This document shows, in pieces, positions 56,631-64,000 of a DNA stretch of 64,000 nucleotides. The stretch covers positions 2,895,504 through 2,959,503 of the forward strand of contig OY969568.1 of NCBI GenBank assembly GCA_963701125.1, written 5' to 3'. This DNA is from an uncultured Actinomycetes bacterium. GTDB lineage: Bacteria; Actinomycetota; Thermoleophilia; Gaiellales; JAICJC01. The translations under genes and the position numbers were made by a program. Under the pieces are notes generated by a model, which saw only the letters and a list, made by a program, of their open reading frames with translations, ran no database searches and had not been told where the DNA came from. Position 1 is the stretch's first letter; each line of letters opens with the position of its first letter.

Positions 56631-58231
56631 GCGGGGTGGTCGACGTGGTCAGGCCGCGCCGGGACGCGGCGGCCGGCCGGGTGCTCGTCGTTGACGACGA
56701 CGATGCGATGCGCGAGACGGCCGTCGAGATCCTCTCGGCCACGGGCCTCCATGCCGAGGGAGCGGCATCGGCCGCCGCCGCCCGCGACCTGCAGTCGGCG
56801 CTCGAGCCGGAGGTCGCGCTGATCGACCAGCGCCTCCCGGACTCGACCGGCGTCGAGCTCGGAAGCGCGTTCAAGCAGCACGACGGCGACATGACGGTGC
56901 TGCTCGTCACCGGGTACGCCAGCCTCGAGAACGCCATCGCGGCCGTCTGGCAGTTCGACGGCTACCTGACGAAGCCGGTGCCACCGGCCGAGCTCCTACG
57001 CGTCGTGCGGTCGGGGCTCGAGCACACCGGCCTGCGACGCGAGAACCGCACCCTGGTCGAGGAGCTGCGGCGGACGAACATGAAGCTCGAGGCGAGCGTC
57101 GCTGAGCGGACGAGCGAGCTGCAGGGCCTCGTCGACCTCGCCGAGGCGTTCGCCGGCGCGACCGATCTGAACGACGTCGTCGCCGCGTGCCTGCGCATCG
57201 CCTCTCAGGTGACCGAGGCACGGTACGCGGGCCTCTACCTGGCCGGTGAGGGCGACGATGGGGCCGGCCTGCGCCTGCGCGGAAGCCTCGGCGACCGCGC
57301 CCTGGGAGGGGAGCTGCGCACGTGGGCCCGCTCGTGCGCGGAGAACGGCGGCGATGTCGTTGCGGCGGAGGACACCGTCTCGCTCGCGGCCGGCGGCCGG
57401 ACGGTCGGCGCGCTCGTGCTCGGCGGCGGCGTGCGGCGCCAGCCGATGTTCCTGACCACGCTCGCGGCGTCGTCGGCCGTCGCGATCCAGAACGCTCAGC
57501 GGCTCGGCCGCGAGCGCGAGACGGTCGAGCGCCTGTCCGAGCTCGCGCGGATGAAGAACACGTTCCTCGCCGCGGTCTCGCACGAGCTGCGCACCCCGCT
57601 TGCGGCGATCCTCGGGCTGGCGGAGCTGCTGGAACGGCGGCTCGGGCGGATCGAGCCCGAGCGGGCGGCCGAGATGCTCGCGCAGATCCTTGACCAGGGC
57701 CAGCGCCTGGGCGGGCTGATCGACGACCTGCTCGACGCGACCCGAGTCGAGTTCGGCGGCCTGCGCGTCGAGAGGGTCGCCGTCGACGTCGCCGAGGTGC
57801 TCGCGCACGTCGAGCGCTCGTTCCGGGCGGCCGGCACGCCGGTCGGCGTGCGCATCGCGCCCGCGCTTCCCGCCGTCTCGGGCGATCGCGCCCGCCTCGA
57901 GCAGGTCGTGAGCAACCTGGTGTCGAACGGGTTCAAGCACTCGCCGCCGGGTGCCCGCGTCGAGATCGATGCCACGGCCGATGCCGGCCGCGTCCGCATC
58001 GCGGTCACCGACTCCGGTACCGGCATCGAGCCCGATGTCCTCGAGCACATCTTCGAGCCGTTCACCCAGGCGGCGGGCGTCACCGCCCGGCGTGACGGCC
58101 TTGGCCTCGGGCTCTACATCGTCCGCGGCCTGGTCGACGCGATGGGAGGCACGATCGAGGCCGCGACCGATCCCGGCCGCGGCAGCCGCTTCACGGTGTG
58201 GCTCGAGGCAGCCGATCGCGCCGAGGCTTAG
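56627..58231 (+). CDS. hybrid receiver-GAF-histidine kinase (REC + GAF-like + HisKA + HATPase_c)
   Basis: 534 aa. VLVVDDDD ... LIDQRLPD ... TKP, coiled coil, GAF-like middle region, H-box VSHELRTPL, SNLVSNGFKHS, DSGTGI, GLGLGLYIV. Confidence 0.85.
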   Translation: MSGVVDVVRPRRDAAAGRVLVVDDDDAMRETAVEILSATGLHAEGAASAAAARDLQSALEPEVALIDQRLPDSTGVELGSAFKQHDGDMTVLLVTGYASLENAIAAVWQFDGYLTKPVPPAELLRVVRSGLEHTGLRRENRTLVEELRRTNMKLEASVAERTSELQGLVDLAEAFAGATDLNDVVAACLRIASQVTEARYAGLYLAGEGDDGAGLRLRGSLGDRALGGELRTWARSCAENGGDVVAAEDTVSLAAGGRTVGALVLGGGVRRQPMFLTTLAASSAVAIQNAQRLGRERETVERLSELARMKNTFLAAVSHELRTPLAAILGLAELLERRLGRIEPERAAEMLAQILDQGQRLGGLIDDLLDATRVEFGGLRVERVAVDVAEVLAHVERSFRAAGTPVGVRIAPALPAVSGDRARLEQVVSNLVSNGFKHSPPGARVEIDATADAGRVRIAVTDSGTGIEPDVLEHIFEPFTQAAGVTARRDGLGLGLYIVRGLVDAMGGTIEAATDPGRGSRFTVWLEAADRAEA

Positions 58232-58971
58232 GCGCGACGCGAGCGGGTGGCCCAGAAGATGGGCACCTGCGCATACTCGGGCTGCCGCTCGGCGAGCAGG
58301 GGCGAGGGGCGAGGCTCGTCGACAGCCTCGATCACGAACCCCGCCCGGATCAGGCCATTCACGTAGGTCGAGACGGGGCGGTGGTGGTTCCCGGCCCGGC
58401 GGACGCCCTGCGGGTTGGCCGAGCGCCAGAACACCTCGTCGAAATAGCGGTTGACGAGCCGGGCGGGGCGACCGTCGGCATCGGCGGCCGTCGTGGCCTC
58501 GGGCGTCAGGAAGCACGGGTGCCCGATGACGAACACGAACCACCCGCCGGGGCGAAGGACACGGTGCACCGCCGCGAACGCGGCGCCGAGGTCGGGGATG
58601 TCCATCAGTGCGAGCTGACAGGTGGCGCCGTCGAAGCTGCCGTCGGCGAGCGTCGCGAGCGTCTGGGCATCGTCCTCGGTATACGTGACGCGGAGCGGAC
58701 GCGATCGCTCATGGACGCGGGCGAGGGTGAGCATGCGCGGCGAGGAGTCGACGCCGGTGACGCTTCCGGCGCCGGCCTGCGCGAGTGCCCGCGCGGCGAG
58801 GCCCTGGCCGCAGGCGACGTCGAGCACGTCCTGACCGGTGAGGTCGCCGGCCAGCCGCAGCGTGCATGCGACGGCGGTCTCATGCGGGCCGCTCCCCGAC
58901 AGAATGAGCTCGTCGTACCACTCGGCGATGTCCGACCACCCAGGCGCCGCGCTAGAAGATCGGCCGTCCAT
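58228..58971 (-). CDS. class I SAM-dependent methyltransferase
   Basis: 247 aa. VLDVACGQG (motif I), acidic loop, LRPGGWFVF (motif post-III). Confidence 0.8.
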   Translation of the reverse strand: MDGRSSSAAPGWSDIAEWYDELILSGSGPHETAVACTLRLAGDLTGQDVLDVACGQGLAARALAQAGAGSVTGVDSSPRMLTLARVHERSRPLRVTYTEDDAQTLATLADGSFDGATCQLALMDIPDLGAAFAAVHRVLRPGGWFVFVIGHPCFLTPEATTAADADGRPARLVNRYFDEVFWRSANPQGVRRAGNHHRPVSTYVNGLIRAGFVIEAVDEPRPSPLLAERQPEYAQVPIFWATRSRRA

Positions 58972-59311
58972 CGTATTCCGGCTTCGGCTTGGCGCCGATA
59001 ACGATGAAGCGCACTCCCTCCGGGCCGCCGATCACCTGGCGGGTCGAGTCGGGCGAGACGAGCAGGTAGTCGCCCTCGCGAAACGCGACCGGCTCGCCGT
59101 CGATGACGAAGGTCGCCGATCCCGAGACGGCGCAGTAGAGCTCCTCGTGGCCGGTCTCGGTCTCGTCGTGCGCCTTGCCCTGGGCGTTCGGAGGCACGCG
59201 CAGCTCGTTCACGCCGAATGCCGTGGTGCCGAGCGCGCGGCGGATCTTCGCGAACACGCCGAAGCTCACCTCGATCGCGGAATCGTCGCCGTGCAGCAGC
59301 TTGTAGGCCAC
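58952..59311 (-). CDS. cupin-domain protein
   Basis: 119 aa. G..H.H...EELY.V..G motif (GKAHDETETGHEELYCAVSG) and a second cupin motif (GDYLLVSP). Confidence 0.65.
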   Translation of the reverse strand: MAYKLLHGDDSAIEVSFGVFAKIRRALGTTAFGVNELRVPPNAQGKAHDETETGHEELYCAVSGSATFVIDGEPVAFREGDYLLVSPDSTRQVIGGPEGVRFIVIGAKPKPEYDGRPIF

Positions 59312-59350
59312 GCCGTCACGATACCCCCGCCGCCGTGCGGACGTCCGGCG

Positions 59351-61114
59351 TCAGTCCTCGCGCAGCCGGAACCGGCCGAGCAGCCCATCGAGCGTCTCCG
59401 CGGTGGTCGCGAGGCCGCGGGCGGCGACCGCGATCTCCTGCGTGGAGGCCGACGTCTCCTCGCTTGCGGCGGAGACCTCCTCGGCCGCGGCCGACGCCAG
59501 CTCGGCGGACCGTGACAGGTCGTCGGTCGTGCGCACGATCTCGGCGATGCGGCCGTTCATCTCCTCGATGCCACTGCCGATCTGCACGAAGGTCTCGCGC
59601 GCCCGCTCGACCACCACGGTGCCCGTCTCGGTGCGCTCGGCACCCTCGGCGACGACGCCGACGGCGTGGCGGGTCTCGGCCTGGATCTCCTGGATCAGGC
59701 CGGCGATCGTCCCGGCGGCGTTGTGCGACTCCTCGGCGAGCTTGCGCACCTCGTCCGCCACGACGGCGAACCCGCGGCCCTGCTCGCCCGCGCGGGCGGC
59801 TTCGATGGCGGCGTTCAATGCGAGCAGGTTCGTCTGAGCGGCGATCCCGGTGATGGTCTCGACGATCTCGCCGATCCGCTCGGAGCGGCTGGCGAGCTGG
59901 CTGATCGCCACGCTGACCTCCTGGGAGGACTCGCGCAGCCCGACCATGGCCTCGCTCGCCTCGCCGGCGGCCTCAACACCCAGCTGGGCCAGGTCGTGCG
60001 CGCTGCTCGCGGAGCGCGCGGTCTCGTCGGCCGAGGTCTTCGTGTCGTCGACCATGTGCACCTGATGGCCCGCGCCCTCCGCCACGTGGGTGACGGCGAT
60101 CGCGATCTCGCCGACGGCGTGGTCGACCTCGCCGGAGGTCGTCGCGACCTGGTGGGACGCGGCCGAGACCGCCGTGGCGGCGTTGCGCACGTCGCCGAGC
60201 AGGCGGGTGAGCTCGGCGCGTGTCTGGTCGTAGGCTTCGACCGAGCCGGCCATCCGCGCCCGGATCCCGTTCACGGCGGCGGCGATCTGGCCGAGCTCGT
60301 CCGGGCTTGTGTCATCGATCGGCTCCGTCACGACCGTCGCGTTGTAGGTGAGGTCGCCGCCCGCAAGACGCTCGAGGCTCGTGTGCAGGTCGGCGGCCTC
60401 GTGCTCCATCAGCGATTGCATCCGCTCGAGCAGGGGCCGCACTCGCGACACGATCGAGCGGATGGTGGTGATGACGACGAGCAGCAGCAGCGGCAACGCG
60501 ATGCCGCTCACGATCAGAACGATCGTCGTGCCGAACGAGGCGCTCGACTCGACCTGCGACTGGCTCTGCATCGCGCTTCTGTCGAGCAGGCTGCGCAGCC
60601 TCCCGAACTCGACCGGAAGGGCATTCGACGGCACCAGGTTGGCGACGGTCACGTCGTACACGGCGCGCTGAACGCGACCCGCCTGGGCGTCGGCGTGAAG
60701 CCGCAGGCTGAAGCCCTGATAGGCCGCCAGGCTGGCGTCGATCTTGCGCAGCTCGGCCGTCTGGGCGCTGCCGTGCACGAGCGGGCGCAGCCGGGCGAGA
60801 TCGGCGGCCGACTCGCGATAGCCGGAGACCGCCTGGCCCCAGGTGGTCTCGGCCAGCTTCTGCTGGGACGGCTCGCGCAGCGCGATCACCGCGGCGTACA
60901 TGTTGTTCTGGTCGTCGTTCGTGATCCACGACTCGAACGCGTGGCTCAGGATCATCGACTGCTTCTGGTCCGACGAGGACTGCCGCACCTTCGTTCCGAT
61001 GCTCGACATGATCACGGTGCTCGTCCCGGCGAGCAGCGCCAGCGCGAGCACGGCGACGGCGCCAAGCGCGATCAGCCGCGTGCGCAGCGTGAGGGAACGA
61101 AACAGGTGAAGCAC
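59351..61114 (-). CDS. methyl-accepting chemotaxis protein (paralogue of 48160-49881)
   Basis: GTG start with GGAGG 6 nt upstream (the track ORF extends to 61204). TM, 4HB-type sensor, HAMP, signalling hairpin [38 protein letters not shown]. Confidence 0.88.
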   Translation of the reverse strand: MLHLFRSLTLRTRLIALGAVAVLALALLAGTSTVIMSSIGTKVRQSSSDQKQSMILSHAFESWITNDDQNNMYAAVIALREPSQQKLAETTWGQAVSGYRESAADLARLRPLVHGSAQTAELRKIDASLAAYQGFSLRLHADAQAGRVQRAVYDVTVANLVPSNALPVEFGRLRSLLDRSAMQSQSQVESSASFGTTIVLIVSGIALPLLLLVVITTIRSIVSRVRPLLERMQSLMEHEAADLHTSLERLAGGDLTYNATVVTEPIDDTSPDELGQIAAAVNGIRARMAGSVEAYDQTRAELTRLLGDVRNAATAVSAASHQVATTSGEVDHAVGEIAIAVTHVAEGAGHQVHMVDDTKTSADETARSASSAHDLAQLGVEAAGEASEAMVGLRESSQEVSVAISQLASRSERIGEIVETITGIAAQTNLLALNAAIEAARAGEQGRGFAVVADEVRKLAEESHNAAGTIAGLIQEIQAETRHAVGVVAEGAERTETGTVVVERARETFVQIGSGIEEMNGRIAEIVRTTDDLSRSAELASAAAEEVSAASEETSASTQEIAVAARGLATTAETLDGLLGRFRLRED

Positions 61115-61363
61115 GGCGAACCTCCAGTCGGGAAGCGGAATCTCACCGTGCTGATCGGCGCCCCGGAGCGGCGTTTCAGACGCCGGGGCCGGCCGTCGGC
61201 TCAACCGGTGGCGGGTTGCGGGTTTACCGCAGCGGGCGCAGCCGGCGCGACCACGCGACGCAGGGCATCGAGCGGACGGGGCGCCGGTTCGGGCCCCTGC
61301 GGGTTCCCCGCAGCCGAAGATCGGTGCGCGCCCCTACCCCGATCGGTGCGCGGCGCAGGCGGC

Positions 61364-61702
61364 TCACTCCCGGTAGGGAGCCGAGACGCGCTTGGGCACC
61401 ACCATGCTCCAGGCGTCGATCACGAGGCCGCGCATCTCGGCCTCGCCGATCGCCGCCATCCGCACGACGACCCAGTTCCAGCGCAGCTCTGACTCGCGCG
61501 GCATGAGGAACTTGTCCGGCTCGGTGCCGACGAGCCACGCGCGCTCCTCCTTGGGGAATGCGAACTCCATCAGCTCCGCGTCGCGCGAGAACGCGATGTA
61601 GACGATCCGGCCGACGCGGAACTTCACCCGCCCGCGCACGTGCGCCTCGGTCGTCCGCGGCAGCGGCAGCGCCACCGCCCGGACGTCGTCGATCGTCACC
61701 AC
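61364..61702 (-). CDS. MmcQ/YjbR-family protein
   Basis: 112 aa. The layout (V..LALALP.....H......F.V..K.FA ... P.... YjbR-like) is recognised from memory. Confidence 0.6.
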   Translation of the reverse strand: MVTIDDVRAVALPLPRTTEAHVRGRVKFRVGRIVYIAFSRDAELMEFAFPKEERAWLVGTEPDKFLMPRESELRWNWVVVRMAAIGEAEMRGLVIDAWSMVVPKRVSAPYRE

Positions 61703-61753
61703 TGCGCACTGGATGGTAGGGGCGCGTCCCCCGGTTCTGGTACGCTCGCGGCC

Positions 61754-61773
61754 CTGACTGACTCGTCAGTCAG
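61754..61773. promoter_or_regulatory. inverted repeat CTGACTGAC-TC-GTCAGTCAG (candidate operator) upstream of the GcvT-family gene
   Basis: Perfect 9-bp arms, read directly, 34 nt upstream of the ATG at 61807 (RBS GGAGG). Confidence 0.3.
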
Positions 61774-61806
61774 CCCCCGCATCGCACCCCTCCCGGAGGT
61801 CGAGAG

Positions 61807-62976
61807 ATGGTCACCGTTCCGCAGACGACGAAGCTCTACTTCGGCCCGTGGTACCGGCGCTCGCCCTACTTCGAATCGACCCTCGGCGCCGGCTGCAAGG
61901 CCTACGACATCTACAACAAGATGTACCTGCCGGCCGAGTACGACGACCCCGAGACCGAGTACTGGGCCCTGAACGACGGCGTCACCCTGTGGGACGTCGG
62001 CGTCGAGCGCACCGTGCAGGTGAGCGGCCCCGACGCCGACCGCCTCATCGACATGCTCACCTGCCGCGACCTGACCCGCTGCGCGGTCAAGCAGGGAAAG
62101 TACATGCTCGTGATCGCGCCCAGCGGCGGCATCGTCAACGACCCCGTGCTGCTGCACGTCGACGAGAACACGTGGTGGATGCAGCTTGCAGACAGCGACG
62201 CCGGGCTCTACGCGATGGGCGTCCTGTCCGGCTCGGGCCTCGACGCCGAGGTCAGCTACCCCGACGTCCATCCCGTCCAGGTGCAGGGTCCGCACGCGGC
62301 CGCGACGCTCGAGAAGCTCGTCGGCTCCGCCATCTACGACATCCGCTACTACTGGTGCGACCGCTTCGTGATCGGCGACATCCCGGTCGTGATCAGCCGC
62401 ACCGGCTGGTCGGCCGTGCCGGGCTTCGAGGTGAACCTGCTCGACGGCAGCCGCGGCAGCGCCCTTTGGGATGCGATCATGGCCGCCGGCGAGGAGTGGA
62501 GCATCCGCCCGATCGCGCCGAACGAGGCCCGCCGGGTCGAGGCCGGGATCTTCAACTGGGGCTCCGACATGACGCTGGCCGACACGCCGTTCCACGTCAT
62601 GGGCCTCGAGCGCCTGGTCGAGGAGCAGTCGCAGGACTACATCGGCAAGGCCGCGCTCGAGCGGGTGCGGCGCGAGGGCGTCGACCGCAAGCTGGTCGGG
62701 ATCGAGTTTGACCGCGACGAGCCGTTCTCGGGCATCACGGCCGCCTGGCCGGCGAGCCACGCCGGCGTCCCGGTCGGCCGCGTCACCGACGCCGTGTGGT
62801 CGCCGGGCCTCTCGAAGAACATCGGCTACGTGTGGGTGCCCGTCGCGCTGGCCGAGCCCGGGACGGCGATCGACGTCGACTCCGAGCACGGCCCGGTCAG
62901 CGGGCGCACGGCCGCGATCCCGTTCGTCGACCCGCGCAAGGAGCGCCCGGCCGGCTCGCTGCGCCAGGCGGGCTAG
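61807..62976 (+). CDS. aminomethyltransferase (GcvT) family, folate-dependent demethylase-like protein
   Basis: 389 aa. GcvT-family layout (LWDVG....V.V.GPDA ... RTGWS...GFE ... EARRVEAG ... KLVG). Confidence 0.85.
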   Translation: MVTVPQTTKLYFGPWYRRSPYFESTLGAGCKAYDIYNKMYLPAEYDDPETEYWALNDGVTLWDVGVERTVQVSGPDADRLIDMLTCRDLTRCAVKQGKYMLVIAPSGGIVNDPVLLHVDENTWWMQLADSDAGLYAMGVLSGSGLDAEVSYPDVHPVQVQGPHAAATLEKLVGSAIYDIRYYWCDRFVIGDIPVVISRTGWSAVPGFEVNLLDGSRGSALWDAIMAAGEEWSIRPIAPNEARRVEAGIFNWGSDMTLADTPFHVMGLERLVEEQSQDYIGKAALERVRREGVDRKLVGIEFDRDEPFSGITAAWPASHAGVPVGRVTDAVWSPGLSKNIGYVWVPVALAEPGTAIDVDSEHGPVSGRTAAIPFVDPRKERPAGSLRQAG

Positions 62977-64000
62977 GTGCGCGACCCCCGCTACGACGTC
63001 CTGTTCGAGCCGGTGCCGCTCGGGCCGGTCACCGCCCGCAACCGCTTCTTCCAGGTGCCGCACTGCAACGGCATGGGGCATGCGCATCCGAGCGCCCACG
63101 CCGAGATGCGCGGCGTCAAGGCCGAGGGCGGCTGGGCCGTCGTGTGCACCGAGGAGGTCGAGCTGCACCACTCGACCGACGTGGCCGGGTTCATCGAGGG
63201 GCGGCTGTGGGACGACGCCGACATCCCGATGCACGAGCGGCTGGTGGAGAAGGTGCACGAGCACGGCTCGCTGGCCGGGATCGAGCTCGTCTACAGCGGC
63301 ATGACGGCGGCGAACCTGTACGTGCGCCAGCCGCCGATGGGGCCGTCGCATTTGCCGGTGCAGACGACCGACCCGGTGCAGGCGCGGCGGATGAGCAAGC
63401 GCGACATCGCCGATCTGCGGCGCTGGCACCGGGCGGCGGTCGAGCGGTCGCTGCGGGCCGGGTACGACCTCGTCTACGTGTATGCCGCCCACGGCCTGAC
63501 CACGCTCCAGCACTTCCTCTCGCGCCGCTACAACGACCGCACCGACGAATACGGCGGCAGCATCGAGAACCGGGCCCGCCTGCTGCGCGAAGTGCTCGAG
63601 GACACCGTCGAGCAGGTCGCGGGCCGCGCGGCGGTCGCGTGCCGGATCTGCGTGGACGAGCAGCTCGGCGATCGCGGCATCGACCGCGGCGAGATCGAGG
63701 CGGTGCTCGGCATGGTCGGCGAGCTGCCCGACGTGTGGGACTTCATGGTCGGCGAGTGGGACTTCGACTCGCTCACGTCGCGGTTCGCCGAGGAGGGCGC
63801 GCAGGAGCAGTACGTCCGCGGCCTGAAGGAGCTCACGTCAAAGCCCGTCGTCGGCGTCGGCCGGTTCACGTCGGCCGACACGATGGTGCGGATGGTGCGC
63901 GACGGCGTGCTCGACATGATCGGCGCCGCCCGCCCCTCGATCGCGGATCCCTTCCTGCCCGTGAAGATCGAGGAGGGCCGCTGGGACGACATCCGCGAGT
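62977..64000 (+). CDS. trimethylamine/dimethylamine/histamine dehydrogenase family flavoprotein (OYE-like N-terminal domain), 3' truncated by the window end
   Basis: GTG directly after the upstream TAG. RDPRYDVLFEPVPLGPVTARNRFFQVPHC...VKAEGGWAVV.TE...YVYAAHG...RRYNDRTDEYGGSIENRARL...IGAARPSIADPFLP.KIEEGR.DDIR closely parallels the TMADH N-terminus as I remember it. Confidence 0.85.
   Translation, partial: MRDPRYDVLFEPVPLGPVTARNRFFQVPHCNGMGHAHPSAHAEMRGVKAEGGWAVVCTEEVELHHSTDVAGFIEGRLWDDADIPMHERLVEKVHEHGSLAGIELVYSGMTAANLYVRQPPMGPSHLPVQTTDPVQARRMSKRDIADLRRWHRAAVERSLRAGYDLVYVYAAHGLTTLQHFLSRRYNDRTDEYGGSIENRARLLREVLEDTVEQVAGRAAVACRICVDEQLGDRGIDRGEIEAVLGMVGELPDVWDFMVGEWDFDSLTSRFAEEGAQEQYVRGLKELTSKPVVGVGRFTSADTMVRMVRDGVLDMIGAARPSIADPFLPVKIEEGRWDDIRE

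Overview
Very GC-rich bacterial chromosomal segment. Its codon usage and its many overlapping ATGA/GTGA gene junctions look Actinomycetota-like; any finer taxon would be a guess. I saw no rRNA, tRNA, CRISPR array, transposase, integrase or phage genes. About 65 protein genes can be supported.

The centrepiece is a complete bacterial microcompartment (BMC) locus of the RMM (aminoacetone / 1-amino-2-propanol) type at ~23.0-34.6 kb. It encodes:
- a class-III aminotransferase-fold enzyme;
- an acylating aldehyde dehydrogenase with a C-terminal encapsulation-peptide-like helix;
- two paralogous tandem-BMC shell proteins, a BMC-P and a BMC-H;
- an unknown protein with an N-terminal encapsulation-like helix;
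- an APH-family kinase, an SDR, a GntR/HutC regulator and an APC permease.

The flanks carry:
- glpK-glpD;
- one-carbon/methylamine genes (Fae-like, dimethylglycine-dehydrogenase-like, GcvT-like, trimethylamine-dehydrogenase-like);
- an ApbE plus ferric-reductase module and a ferredoxin/ferredoxin-reductase pair;
- ABC and MFS transporters;
- a stand-alone LigD polymerase domain and TypA;
- two MCPs, an ECF sigma/anti-sigma pair and several histidine kinases;
- a second GntR-linked catabolic cluster (ADH, FGGY kinase, SagB-like nitroreductase-fold protein, enolase-superfamily enzyme).

Main anomaly: between ~20.2 and ~37.8 kb I reconstruct by eye about 54 single-nucleotide frame disruptions in 15 genes, including most BMC genes. 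They are biased roughly 4:1 toward +1. Genes in 0-20 kb and 38-64 kb read through cleanly, and so do several genes inside the block. The conserved motifs are intact and the reconstructed frames have no stop codons, so consensus error is more likely than real gene decay. This needs to be checked against reads.

Smaller signals:
- a GGGGACWGTCCCC palindromic repeat family, with one copy in-frame inside a BMC gene;
- twin bidirectional terminators;
- a TGGCA repeat array;
- recurrent GTCTGAC boxes.
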